Source of the DNA: an uncultured Rivularia sp.
GTDB lineage: Bacteria > Cyanobacteriota > Cyanobacteriia > Cyanobacteriales > Nostocaceae
Assembly (NCBI GenBank): GCA_963665115.1
Contig: OY762007.1
Location: 2,176,001 to 2,240,000 of the forward strand
Length of the DNA stretch: 64,000 nt
Direction: 5' to 3'
Part shown: positions 20,139 to 29,753 of the stretch, in pieces
Layout: each line of letters starts with the position of its first letter
Position numbering within the stretch: the stretch's first letter is position 1
Made by a program: the position numbers and the translations under genes
Notes under the pieces: model-generated
The model's input: only the letters and a program-made list of their open reading frames with translations
What the model was told of the DNA's origin: nothing
Database searches by the model: none

Positions 20139-21122
20139 TTACACACCCGAATGACCGAGTGCTATACCCGCAACTAACATTCCTAAAACTAGAAATGGTT
20201 GGGCACTAGCTTGATATTTTACATCGTTTTCTAAGGGGTCGCGCAGGAAGTACATATCTTGCAACGTGATTTGTGGGATAACTAGCAGAAGTAGTATTGC
20301 AGCGTACAAATTTTGATGCAGGTAAATTAAGTATGCTGCGATCGCAACTTGAAAAATATCAATCATCCCAGCGCAAATCCAAGCTGCTTTTTTAACGCCG
20401 AAGACTACTGGTAAGGATTTCAGCCCGAATTGCTTATCGCCTTCTACGCTCTTAAAGTCGTTGACAATAGCAATTCCTAAGCCTGCCAAACTATATACAA
20501 CGGTGAATACTACTACTTTCCAATTAAGTTCGCCGAACAATGCATGACCAGTACACCAAGGGAAAGCAATGTAGCTTGCACCAAGAGCATAACCGCCCAA
20601 CCAACCATTTTGTTTTAGTTTAAGGGGTGGTGCGGAATAAATATAGGCGATTATTATACCTAACACGGCAATGACTGAAATTGTCGGAAACTCATTTCCC
20701 GCCCATTTATCCAAAGCGATCGCCAAACCCAAACCGGCAATCATTAATACCCAAATTTGCGTAATTACCTGGGGTAAAGGAATCGCACCAGAAGGAATCG
20801 GACGATAGGGTTCGTTGACAGCATCAATTTCGCGATCGTAGTATTCGTTTAAAGTTTGGGTATAACCTGCCAAAATTGGTCCTGCAAGCAACATACAAGC
20901 CGCTGACTTGAGAACATTTTCCAAAGTCCAGGTATAGTTACCTGAAGAAGCGGCACCACAGACAACTCCCCAAATCAAGGGAATCCAAGTAATCGGCTTC
21001 ATTAACTGCAAGCGGATTTTCCATACAGAAGTTTCACCAGATGCTGCACCCTTCATTCCTAGCAACTGTCTGGTTTTAGCACTGCGATCGGCATCTGATT
21101 TTGGTTGAGTTGATTCAGACAT
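20139..21122 (-). CDS. chlG: Chlorophyll synthase
   Basis: Motifs RQLLGMKGA, QLMKPITWIPLIWG, YDREIDAVNEPYRPIPSG and NDFKSVEGD. Confidence 0.97.
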   Translation of the reverse strand: MSESTQPKSDADRSAKTRQLLGMKGAASGETSVWKIRLQLMKPITWIPLIWGVVCGAASSGNYTWTLENVLKSAACMLLAGPILAGYTQTLNEYYDREIDAVNEPYRPIPSGAIPLPQVITQIWVLMIAGLGLAIALDKWAGNEFPTISVIAVLGIIIAYIYSAPPLKLKQNGWLGGYALGASYIAFPWCTGHALFGELNWKVVVFTVVYSLAGLGIAIVNDFKSVEGDKQFGLKSLPVVFGVKKAAWICAGMIDIFQVAIAAYLIYLHQNLYAAILLLLVIPQITLQDMYFLRDPLENDVKYQASAQPFLVLGMLVAGIALGHSGV

Positions 21123-21269
21123 TTTTATATTTTGGGAATTGGGAAGAGAGATGGGGGAGAGGGGGTAGAGGGGGGAGAGGGGGTAGAAATTTAATGATTA
21201 ACTCCCAACTCCTAACTCCTAATTCTTAAATCCTAACCACTAACCACTAATAACTAACAACTAACTCTT

Positions 21270-22370
21270 TCAAAACGAAATTATCAAATATTGGTTTTGA
21301 AATTTCGCACCCGCTACGGGTTTGCCGCTGAGGGCTGGAGGTAGTAATATATTTCTTCTTTGATCTCCCGCTTCTATGGTGACTTCTGGCCCATATTGAG
21401 TTAGTTTGACTTGCTTTTTATCAAAACCTGGCAGAAATAAACGTACCTGACGGGCGTTGACATCAATTTCTATTGGTGTGGGAGCTTGTTGTGTCTGTAC
21501 TGTAAAGTCAGGTAGGGCATCTACTAATGGCTGCCAGTTACCTTCTTTAATATCTGGGATATTAGTTACTTGTAGGGGAGCAAAGTCTTCAGAGACATTT
21601 GAACTACCATCGGGGGAAATAACAATAACGCCACCAATAGTTAAACCCACCTGTTGGGCACTTCCCCAAAGATAACGGCTCGTTACCACCTCGATGGGGT
21701 CAGGAGTTGTTACCAAGAAAGCGCTAAACTGTTGGGGATTGGCGAGAACTTGCTTACCTTTGTCCAAGATATTAGTAGCTACGTTTGTAGGTTGAGCAAA
21801 GTTATCTGCCATCGGGTTGATGTTGAGAAAAGTGGAAATTAACGGTTGGATAAAAGGTGAATCAGAGATTGTCCTTCCCAAATCCGAATTAATAAATAGT
21901 TGCCGGAAACGACGCACGTACCAGCTAATAGATTCGGGCATTCCCAGCATCCGCAAGGTATTTAAATCGCCCGTACCGTTGTAGACAATAGCGTCGTATT
22001 TTCCACTTTCAAAATATTCACGAATAGCATTAAGTGCCAAAGCGCCATCCATCCCAGGTAAGATTGATAACTCTTGCCCGTATACATCTTTGAGAATAGG
22101 TGTTTTGAGATATTGCGCTTCAAGTTTCTTGACTTCTTCCCAATTGCGTTCTAACAATACAGAAGATTGAAACTGCACTGCTTGTAAATTAGCACCAATT
22201 TCTTGAGGATCGGGACCTAAATCGGCACCTAACATAACGGGTAAAACGGGTTCCGCACCACTTGCCAAAAGAACCCGCTTTCCTTGATTCGCAAGGGATT
22301 TAGCAGACGCGATCGCAATTTTAGTTCGAGCCGCACTGCTTTCACCCAAAAAGGTCAATATCTGGGACAT
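21270..22370 (-). CDS. ArsA/Get3-fold protein with degenerate P-loop and C-terminal alpha-crystallin-like domain
   Basis: MSQILTFLG, LSILPGMD, C-terminal VRLFLPGFDKKQVKLTQYGPEVTIEAGDQRRNI; usual neighbour of chlG in cyanobacteria. Confidence 0.85.
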   Translation of the reverse strand: MSQILTFLGESSAARTKIAIASAKSLANQGKRVLLASGAEPVLPVMLGADLGPDPQEIGANLQAVQFQSSVLLERNWEEVKKLEAQYLKTPILKDVYGQELSILPGMDGALALNAIREYFESGKYDAIVYNGTGDLNTLRMLGMPESISWYVRRFRQLFINSDLGRTISDSPFIQPLISTFLNINPMADNFAQPTNVATNILDKGKQVLANPQQFSAFLVTTPDPIEVVTSRYLWGSAQQVGLTIGGVIVISPDGSSNVSEDFAPLQVTNIPDIKEGNWQPLVDALPDFTVQTQQAPTPIEIDVNARQVRLFLPGFDKKQVKLTQYGPEVTIEAGDQRRNILLPPALSGKPVAGAKFQNQYLIISF

Positions 22371-22441
22371 TTTATAACTTCCAATTTCCGCCTAATTAAT
22401 CAACTTCAACTTAACAGCAGATTTCCTTAAGACGCTTCCCT

Positions 22442-22639
22442 CTATTGCACTACTTTTAGTTCATCTTCAAAAAACCAAGTGGCAGAATTGTCATCAAACT
22501 TAACCACGCAGCCAACACCCATACCATCAGTTATTTTAAAATCTTTGATGGTACCGACTTTACCCAACCTACCAGATGTATTTCTGGAAGATAAACGATC
22601 GCGCAAACGAACTACTTTAACTTTTTGTCCTACTTCCAT
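22442..22639 (-). CDS. petP: Cytochrome b6f-associated subunit PetP (DUF2862)
   Basis: MEVGQKVKV.RLRDR...TDG.GVG..V.FDD...TWFFEDEL. Confidence 0.85.
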   Translation of the reverse strand: MEVGQKVKVVRLRDRLSSRNTSGRLGKVGTIKDFKITDGMGVGCVVKFDDNSATWFFEDELKVVQ

Positions 22640-23141
22640 GCCGAATTATAAATGATGAAATAAATGCACTAAACCAAGACTAAGTTTAGCTGAATTAGGT
22701 AATTCTGGGAATTAGGTAATGGGTAATGGGTAATTGGGCATAGGGCATGGGACATTGGGATTTTAGATTTTGGATTCAAAATTGTGTAGAGACGGGGCGC
22801 AGTGCTACGTCTAAAGTTAGGAATTAGTAGCAAGTGGCGAGTAGCAAGTAGCAAGTAGCAAGTTATAAACTAATTTCTTCTTGTATGTTAATTACCAATT
22901 ATCAATTACCAATTACCTACGCCCTATGCCCCATGCCCCATGCCCTATGCCCCATACTCAATTACCATTTCGTTGTATGATTATCTAAAAATTTTGTTGG
23001 GAAAAATGCGTAAAAGTAATTTTTATAACCTCTACTTACAATATATTTCCTGTAGACAGTTGCTTATAAAGAAGAATAATTCAGGTTTTTAACGGTTATT
23101 AATTAAGATTTGACCGCTAATTGCGAATTGATAATTAATGT

Positions 23142-24017
23142 GTGAGGAATGGGAAGTCTATGCGAGCAATGCAAATATTTGCAGGTATTTCGGGTAGGTT
23201 GAGACGAGTTTTACCGATTAGCGATCGGCTTTGGACGAAGTTCGATTTGTTAAGAACTTTGGTTAGACGAGATTTAGAAGCGCGGTATAAAGGCTCTGTA
23301 TTAGGCAATTTGTGGTCTATAGTTAATCCACTCTCGCAACTGCTTATTTACACTTACGTGTTTTCCGTAGTGCTAAAAGTGAAACTGAGTCTTAAGGGAT
23401 TGCCAGCAAATGAAAATGTATCGTTCGGATTATGGCTATTTGCAGGATTGCTTCCTTGGATAGCTTTTAGTACAGGTTTAATTCAATCTGCTGGCTCGGT
23501 AATTGGTCAGCCTAATTTAGTCAAAAAAGTTGTATTTCCTTTAAGCTTATTACCTTTAGTACCGATTTTTTCAGCTTTTATCGAGAGTTCTTTCGGATTG
23601 ATAATGCTAATTTTTTTTGTAGCTTTGTCCTCCGGGACTTTACATACTACACTGGCGTTATTACCTTTAGTTTGGATACCGCAGCTATTACTTACCGCAG
23701 GTTTAGGTTACTTAGCGGCAGGATTAACCGTATTTTTACGGGATATTCCGCAGACGTTAAATGTTATTCTAAATATTTGGTTTTATGTTACGCCGATAGT
23801 TTATCCGATTACATCTATTCCTGAGAGTTGGCGAAACTGGGTGTTGTGGTTGAATCCACTGGCAGCAATTGTAGAGGTTTACCGCGACTTTATTTTAGTG
23901 GGGGAGGTGAAGCACTGGGGAGAGTTGGGATTAGCTTTTATTATATCGGGAATTGTATTTGTTGTCGGTGTATTAACATACAGAAAATTACGTCCGGGTT
24001 TTGCAGATGTTCTTTAG
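23142..24017 (+). CDS. wzm: Polysaccharide ABC exporter permease
   Basis: Motifs LVRRDLEARYKGSVLG, NLVKKVVFP, FLRDI and TPIVYP. Confidence 0.92.
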   Translation: MRNGKSMRAMQIFAGISGRLRRVLPISDRLWTKFDLLRTLVRRDLEARYKGSVLGNLWSIVNPLSQLLIYTYVFSVVLKVKLSLKGLPANENVSFGLWLFAGLLPWIAFSTGLIQSAGSVIGQPNLVKKVVFPLSLLPLVPIFSAFIESSFGLIMLIFFVALSSGTLHTTLALLPLVWIPQLLLTAGLGYLAAGLTVFLRDIPQTLNVILNIWFYVTPIVYPITSIPESWRNWVLWLNPLAAIVEVYRDFILVGEVKHWGELGLAFIISGIVFVVGVLTYRKLRPGFADVL

Positions 24018-24057
24018 TATACATTGTTAGCCGCAGACAATTACAGGGAGACTAAGC

Positions 24058-25131
24058 ATGGTAAAGAAGGCGTTAATTACTGGTATAACTGGACAAGATG
24101 GTTCTTATCTGAGTGAATTATTGTTAGAGAAAGGTTATGAAGTTCATGGTGTTATTCGCCGTACTTCTACTTTTAATACAGATAGAATCGACCATATTTA
24201 TACTGACCCTCATAGCGATAATGCAAGATTATTCCTCCACTATGGCGATTTAACGGATGGTACTACTCTACGTCGTATTTTAGAAACGGTAAAGCCGGAT
24301 GAAATTTACAATTTAGGTGCCCAGTCCCATGTACGTGTAAGTTTTGACTCTCCTGAATATACAGCCGATACTGTGGGGATGGGTACTTTACGCTTATTAG
24401 AAGCCTTGCGAGATTATCAGCAGCGAACTGGGCTTGATGTTCGTTTTTACCAAGCTGGTTCTTCCGAGATGTTTGGTAAAGTGCGGGAAGTTCCTCAATT
24501 GGAAGAAACACCTTTCTATCCTCGTAGCCCTTATGCTTGTGCGAAAGTATTTGCTCATTGGCAGACAGTAAACTACCGCGAGTCTTACGGCTTGTTTGCC
24601 TGTAACGGAATTTTATTTAATCACGAATCACCCCGCCGTGGAGAAACATTTGTTACTCGTAAGATCACCCGTGCTGTTGCTCAGATAGTAGCAGGCAAGC
24701 AGAAGAAGCTGTATATGGGAAACATAGATGCAAAGCGAGACTGGGGATACGCGAAAGATTACGTGAATGCAATGTGGTTAATGTTGCAGCAAGAACAGGC
24801 TGATGATTATGTAATTGCGACAGGAGAAACTCATTCAGTAAAGGAGTTTTTGGATATTGCTTTTAACTATGTCAATCTTAAATGGGAAGATTATGTAGCT
24901 TTTGATGAGCGGTATTTACGTCCAGCAGAAGTTGATTTGTTGGTTGGTGATGCTAGGAAAGCAAAACAACAGCTTGGTTGGAAGCGTACTGTTAGCTTTG
25001 AAGAATTAGTCAAGTTGATGGTAGAAGCAGACTTGCAGGTTTTAGGCTTAGTTTCTCCTAACGGTAATAGTAAATTTGCAGTACTAGATAATGCGACTAT
25101 TCGTAGTACGCCGAAAACTTTGATAGCTTAA
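24058..25131 (+). CDS. gmd: GDP-mannose 4,6-dehydratase
   Basis: Motifs [31 protein letters not shown] and [16 protein letters not shown]. Confidence 0.96.
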   Translation: MVKKALITGITGQDGSYLSELLLEKGYEVHGVIRRTSTFNTDRIDHIYTDPHSDNARLFLHYGDLTDGTTLRRILETVKPDEIYNLGAQSHVRVSFDSPEYTADTVGMGTLRLLEALRDYQQRTGLDVRFYQAGSSEMFGKVREVPQLEETPFYPRSPYACAKVFAHWQTVNYRESYGLFACNGILFNHESPRRGETFVTRKITRAVAQIVAGKQKKLYMGNIDAKRDWGYAKDYVNAMWLMLQQEQADDYVIATGETHSVKEFLDIAFNYVNLKWEDYVAFDERYLRPAEVDLLVGDARKAKQQLGWKRTVSFEELVKLMVEADLQVLGLVSPNGNSKFAVLDNATIRSTPKTLIA

Positions 25132-25200
25132 TTATCAAATTGCCGATTAGGAGCTTTGTTGAGTAGGGAATCCGAGTTGTAATTGTAAATATATGGTGTT

Positions 25201-26505
25201 ATGAGTGAGGAAATTGCAATCTCCCTAAAGAACATTTCTAAATGTTACAAGCGGTATGCTCGTCCCGTAGATCGGCTTAAAGAAATTTTGCTACCCCGAA
25301 AGAGTCAGGCTCAAGAATTTTGGGCTTTAAAAGATATTAATTTAGAGATTCGTAAAGGTGAAACTTTAGGGATTATCGGTCAAAATGGTTCTGGAAAAAG
25401 TACGCTGTTACAAATTGTTGCTGGAACATTGACACCGACGACAGGAGATGTATTTGTTAATGGTCGGATTTCAGCTTTATTAGAATTGGGTAGTGGATTT
25501 AATCCGGAATTTACGGGAAGACAGAATGTATTTTTTAATGGGCGGATATTAGGTTTAAGTAATGAAGAAATTGCGGCTAAGTTTGAGGATATTGCTGCTT
25601 TTGCTGAAATAGGCGAATTCATTGATCGCTCGGTAAAGACTTATTCTAGTGGAATGGTAGTTAGATTAGCATTCGCGGTTATTGCTAATACTGAACCAAG
25701 CATATTAATAGTAGATGAAGCATTAGCTGTTGGAGATGCGAGATTTCAAGCAAGATGCATGAAGCGTATTCGGCAGTTAAAAGAGCAAGGTGTGACAATT
25801 TTATTTGTTTCTCATGATTCTTCCAGCGTCAAAATGCTTTGTAAAACTGCTGTTTTGATGAATAGTGGAAAGATATTAGAAGTCGGTGAACCTAAAGAAG
25901 TAGTAAATCATTATATAGCTTTACTAAGTTCTGACAAACAGAAACAAGACGATCGGGTAGAACAATCTCAAGATTATAGTCAGGAAATCAAAGAGATTGA
26001 AAATCATGATGATTTTGTGCTTGAAAATCAATTACAGAAAAAAAATTATAGACACGGCAATCAATTAGCTGTTATTAATAGCGTTAAAATTACCGATTTA
26101 GATAACAAAAAAATTAGTAAAGTAGAAACAGGAACAACTTTTCAAATTATAGTTTCCTTAGAAGCAAAAGAAGAATTAGAAAAATTAATTGTTGGAATTT
26201 CGCTGAGAAACTTAATGGGTTTGGTGATATATGGTATCAACACTCATTTAATGAATGTTGATTTGCCAGATTTACAAGCCGGACAGCAATTAAAAGTTTG
26301 TTTTCAAATTCCTTGTCATTTGAATAAAGGTATTTATACATTTACAGTCGGTATCCATTCCGAGGAAGGTATTAGCTATGACTGGGTTGATGAATTAGTT
26401 GTATTTGAAGTTATAAATGGTAAATTTTGTGATGGTGTGGTTGATTTAAAATCGACTGTTGAAATTATTGAAGAAACAATTTGTTTAGCTAGTCAAGATA
26501 TTTAG
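25201..26505 (+). CDS. wzt: Polysaccharide ABC exporter ATPase with C-terminal carbohydrate-binding domain (copy 1)
   Basis: GQNGSGKST, YSSGM, DEALAVGD; C-terminal Wzt_C-like beta domain. Confidence 0.92.
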   Translation: MSEEIAISLKNISKCYKRYARPVDRLKEILLPRKSQAQEFWALKDINLEIRKGETLGIIGQNGSGKSTLLQIVAGTLTPTTGDVFVNGRISALLELGSGFNPEFTGRQNVFFNGRILGLSNEEIAAKFEDIAAFAEIGEFIDRSVKTYSSGMVVRLAFAVIANTEPSILIVDEALAVGDARFQARCMKRIRQLKEQGVTILFVSHDSSSVKMLCKTAVLMNSGKILEVGEPKEVVNHYIALLSSDKQKQDDRVEQSQDYSQEIKEIENHDDFVLENQLQKKNYRHGNQLAVINSVKITDLDNKKISKVETGTTFQIIVSLEAKEELEKLIVGISLRNLMGLVIYGINTHLMNVDLPDLQAGQQLKVCFQIPCHLNKGIYTFTVGIHSEEGISYDWVDELVVFEVINGKFCDGVVDLKSTVEIIEETICLASQDI

Positions 26506-26511
26506 GATCTT

Positions 26512-27990
26512 ATGATTGAATCAAATAATCTCCAAATCAATATCGATGAATTAATGCAGAAAATCCGAGAAGAAGTTGCTCGGCGTAATAATCATACTCA
26601 ACAATCTTTATTCGTAAATTCAAATAATGCAGTAAAAATCAACTTTAATTTTAATTACCTTGAGGCATTACTTCGGAATGCAGAAGCTAGAGCCGATGTA
26701 CGAACAAAGTGGCCCGATAAGCTGAATGGCTTTCCTTTTACCTTGAGTGAAAAAATTAAGAAATACTGTTTAAAGATAGTAAATTTTATATTTAAAGACC
26801 AAAGGGAAGTTAACTTAAACCTAGTTAATGCTTTAAAGCAGTCTACGCTGTTGAATCGTCAGTTGGTTACAGAAGTTGAACTTTTGCATTCGCGATTAAA
26901 TGAGCATTTGGGTACTTTTGAGAGTCGCATTAATCACATAGATAGTCAAGTTAAAGTATTAGACAAACGTTTCAATCAAATAGATAGTCAAGTTAAAGTC
27001 TCAGACGAGCGTTTTAATCAACTAGATAACCAAGTCAAAGCCTCAGATAAACACTTTAATCAATTAAATAACCAAGTAAAAGTTTCAGATGAGCGCTTCA
27101 ATCAAGTAGATAGCCAAGCAAAAGCCTTAAATGAGCGTTTGAATTATATCAATAGTAGAGTCCAAGAATTGAATGGAAGTTATCTACAAAATGATAGCTA
27201 TATTAAAAATGACTTAGTACAGCAAAAACGTTTGCTTACAATGTTTTTAGAAGAAGCACGCAAAAGCTTACCAGAGCCTTTTAATCAAGAACAGTTGCAA
27301 AATATTCTTAATGAAGAAAAACATTTATCAGATGCATTATACGTTGCTTTTGAAGACAAATTTCGCGGTAGTCGTGAGGAAATTTTTGATAGATTAAAAG
27401 TGTATCTACCATTAATTGAAGAAGCAAAACTTGGTACATCTGATTCAGCTATTTTAGATGTAGGTTGTGGTAGAGGGGAATGGCTGGAGTTGCTGCGAGA
27501 ATTTGGGTATACAGCCCGAGGTTTAGACATCAATAGGGTCATGATTGAGCAATGTTTGAATAGAGGATTTGAAGTAATTGAATCTGATGTTATTTCTTAT
27601 CTACAGTCTTTAGAAGATAGTAGTTTAGGTGCAATTACGGGCTTTCATATTATTGAACATTTGCCATTTGAAACTCTGATGACGTTGTTTGCTGAAGCTA
27701 TCAGGGTAATTAAACCTGGAGGTTTAATAATTTTTGAAACGCCGAATGCTAGAAATATATTAGTAAGCTCAGGAGATTTTTATAGAGACCCGACACATAA
27801 AACACCTATTCACCCTGACACAGTAGCTTTTCTGGCTGAGTCACAAGGTTTTATTAAAAGTAAATCATATTTTTTTGAAGAAATAGAAGGAAAACTACAT
27901 CTTATTAGTTCATCAAACGTAAAATTTGATGATTTAAATGACTATGTTAAAATTTCTCGCGACATGGTATTAACAGCTCATAAGCCATAA
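26512..27990 (+). CDS. Coiled-coil plus class I SAM methyltransferase (WbdD-like chain terminator candidate)
   Basis: FEDKFRGS, LDVGCGRGEWL and FHIIEHL; six 14-aa repeats in the N-terminal half. Confidence 0.82.
   Translation: MIESNNLQINIDELMQKIREEVARRNNHTQQSLFVNSNNAVKINFNFNYLEALLRNAEARADVRTKWPDKLNGFPFTLSEKIKKYCLKIVNFIFKDQREVNLNLVNALKQSTLLNRQLVTEVELLHSRLNEHLGTFESRINHIDSQVKVLDKRFNQIDSQVKVSDERFNQLDNQVKASDKHFNQLNNQVKVSDERFNQVDSQAKALNERLNYINSRVQELNGSYLQNDSYIKNDLVQQKRLLTMFLEEARKSLPEPFNQEQLQNILNEEKHLSDALYVAFEDKFRGSREEIFDRLKVYLPLIEEAKLGTSDSAILDVGCGRGEWLELLREFGYTARGLDINRVMIEQCLNRGFEVIESDVISYLQSLEDSSLGAITGFHIIEHLPFETLMTLFAEAIRVIKPGGLIIFETPNARNILVSSGDFYRDPTHKTPIHPDTVAFLAESQGFIKSKSYFFEEIEGKLHLISSSNVKFDDLNDYVKISRDMVLTAHKP
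26926..27171 (+). repeat. About six 42-bp coding tandem repeats (RFNQxDxQVKxSDE)
   Basis: Units start at 26926, 26968, 27010, 27052, 27094 and 27136. Confidence 0.85.
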
Positions 27991-28018
27991 ATAAAAATAG
28001 TAGTTATAAGTTTTTAGA

Positions 28019-29068
28019 ATGAGAATAGGAGTTAGCACAGTTCAAGTACCTTTTATACGTGGTGGTGCAGAAATACTAGCAGATGGTTTAGTAAAAGCTT
28101 TTTTAGAGTTAGGTCATCAAGCTGAAGAAATATCTATGCCTTTTCGTTTTGCTCCAGTAACTGAAGTTAAGCGCAGCATGGATGTTTGGGCTAGTGAAAA
28201 CTTTGAATACATGAATGGTCATAATATGGATTTGGTTGTTTGTCTCAAGTTTCCTTCTTTTTACTTGCAGCATCCAAACAAAGTGGCTTGGATTATTCAT
28301 CAGCATCGTGCTGTTTATGACCTTTGGAATACTTCTTTTACTAAAGACTTCTCAACCACAATTGAAGGTAAAAAACTTAGAGAGGAGATTATTAAACGTG
28401 ATACGCAAGCATTCAAAACTTTTCGGAATATTTTTACTATTGGAAAAATAGTTTCAACGCGGCTTCAAAAGTTTAATCAAATTAATTCAAGTACTCTATA
28501 TCATCCACCAAAGTTGGCTAACTATTTATATAATGCTCCGGCAGAGCCTTATATTTTTTTTCCTAGTCGCTTAGAAGAGTTGAAGAGACAATATTTATTA
28601 ATTGAAGCAATGCAGTATGTTGAATCTCCTGTAGTCGCTTTGGTGGCTGGAGATGGAGGACAAAAGGTAGTTTTACAAAATTTAATTGAACAATTAGGTG
28701 TAAATCAACGAGTACGCTTAATAGGAAGCATTTCGGATGCGGAAATGCTAGGTTTCTATGCTCATTGTCTAGGTGTATTTTTTGGCTCTTATTATGAAGA
28801 TTATGGTTATGTAACCTTAGAAGCAATGTTGGCTGCTAAACCAGTAATTACCTGTACTGACTCTGGAGAAGCTGTAGAATTTGTAGTTGACCAAGAAACG
28901 GGTTTTATTGTTACACCAGAACCACAAGCGATCGCCAAAGCAATCGATTATTTATACTTTCATCAGGAACGTGCTTCTGCAATGGGTATTGCAGGACGGG
29001 AAAGATATCACGCATTAGATATTTCGTGGGAGAATGTCGTCAACAATCTTTTACGTAATTGTAATTAA
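28019..29068 (+). CDS. Glycosyltransferase family 4
   Basis: GGAE, SRLEELKR, EDYGYVTLEAM. Confidence 0.9.
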   Translation: MRIGVSTVQVPFIRGGAEILADGLVKAFLELGHQAEEISMPFRFAPVTEVKRSMDVWASENFEYMNGHNMDLVVCLKFPSFYLQHPNKVAWIIHQHRAVYDLWNTSFTKDFSTTIEGKKLREEIIKRDTQAFKTFRNIFTIGKIVSTRLQKFNQINSSTLYHPPKLANYLYNAPAEPYIFFPSRLEELKRQYLLIEAMQYVESPVVALVAGDGGQKVVLQNLIEQLGVNQRVRLIGSISDAEMLGFYAHCLGVFFGSYYEDYGYVTLEAMLAAKPVITCTDSGEAVEFVVDQETGFIVTPEPQAIAKAIDYLYFHQERASAMGIAGRERYHALDISWENVVNNLLRNCN

Positions 29069-29084
29069 TTATTTTAAATAATCT

Positions 29085-29738
29085 GTGCAACTAAAGATTA
29101 TGAACAAGTTAAAGTTTCTTACTTCCAAGATTATTAGCAAGTTATCTACTAGTAGCAAGAAAATTAATAAAGTGGTCTATCAGTCTAACAAGATACAGCA
29201 ATCTACACCAGAAAAGATTGAGTATAAAACCCTAAGTGAATTTGATCATTTACAATATCCACCTAAGCTAAATCTTGGGTGTGGATTTGATATTCGTAAT
29301 GGTTACTTAAATGTTGATTTTCAGGGTTTTCATAACCCGGATTTAGTAGCAGACATAAGAAAACTAGATATGTTACCTTCAGGTTTTTATGAAGAAGTAG
29401 TTGCTCAAGATTGCCTTGAACATTTCCCACGTTGTGATACTGAGCCTGCACTATCTGAATGGTCAAGATTACTTAAGTCAGAAGGTATTTTGAAACTTAG
29501 GGTTCCCAATTTAATTGGTTTGCTAGAGCTTTTTAAATGGGAATCCAAGCAATCTGTCAAAGAGCAAGAAACATTAGTTCAATGTATGTATGGAACACAA
29601 GCGTATAACGGTGATTGGCATTTAACTGGTTTTACAGAAATTTTGTTACAGGATTATTTAGAAAAAGCTGGATTTAACAAAATTAAGTTTGCAAAAAAAG
29701 ATCACTGGTTATTTGACATTACTTGTGAAAAAAAATAA
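29085..29738 (+). CDS. SAM-dependent methyltransferase (type 11-like)
   Basis: KLNLGCG...GYLNVD, CLEHF, LRVPN; true start may be ATG 29100. Confidence 0.82.
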   Translation: MQLKIMNKLKFLTSKIISKLSTSSKKINKVVYQSNKIQQSTPEKIEYKTLSEFDHLQYPPKLNLGCGFDIRNGYLNVDFQGFHNPDLVADIRKLDMLPSGFYEEVVAQDCLEHFPRCDTEPALSEWSRLLKSEGILKLRVPNLIGLLELFKWESKQSVKEQETLVQCMYGTQAYNGDWHLTGFTEILLQDYLEKAGFNKIKFAKKDHWLFDITCEKK

Positions 29739-29753
29739 TTTAATAGAATTAAT

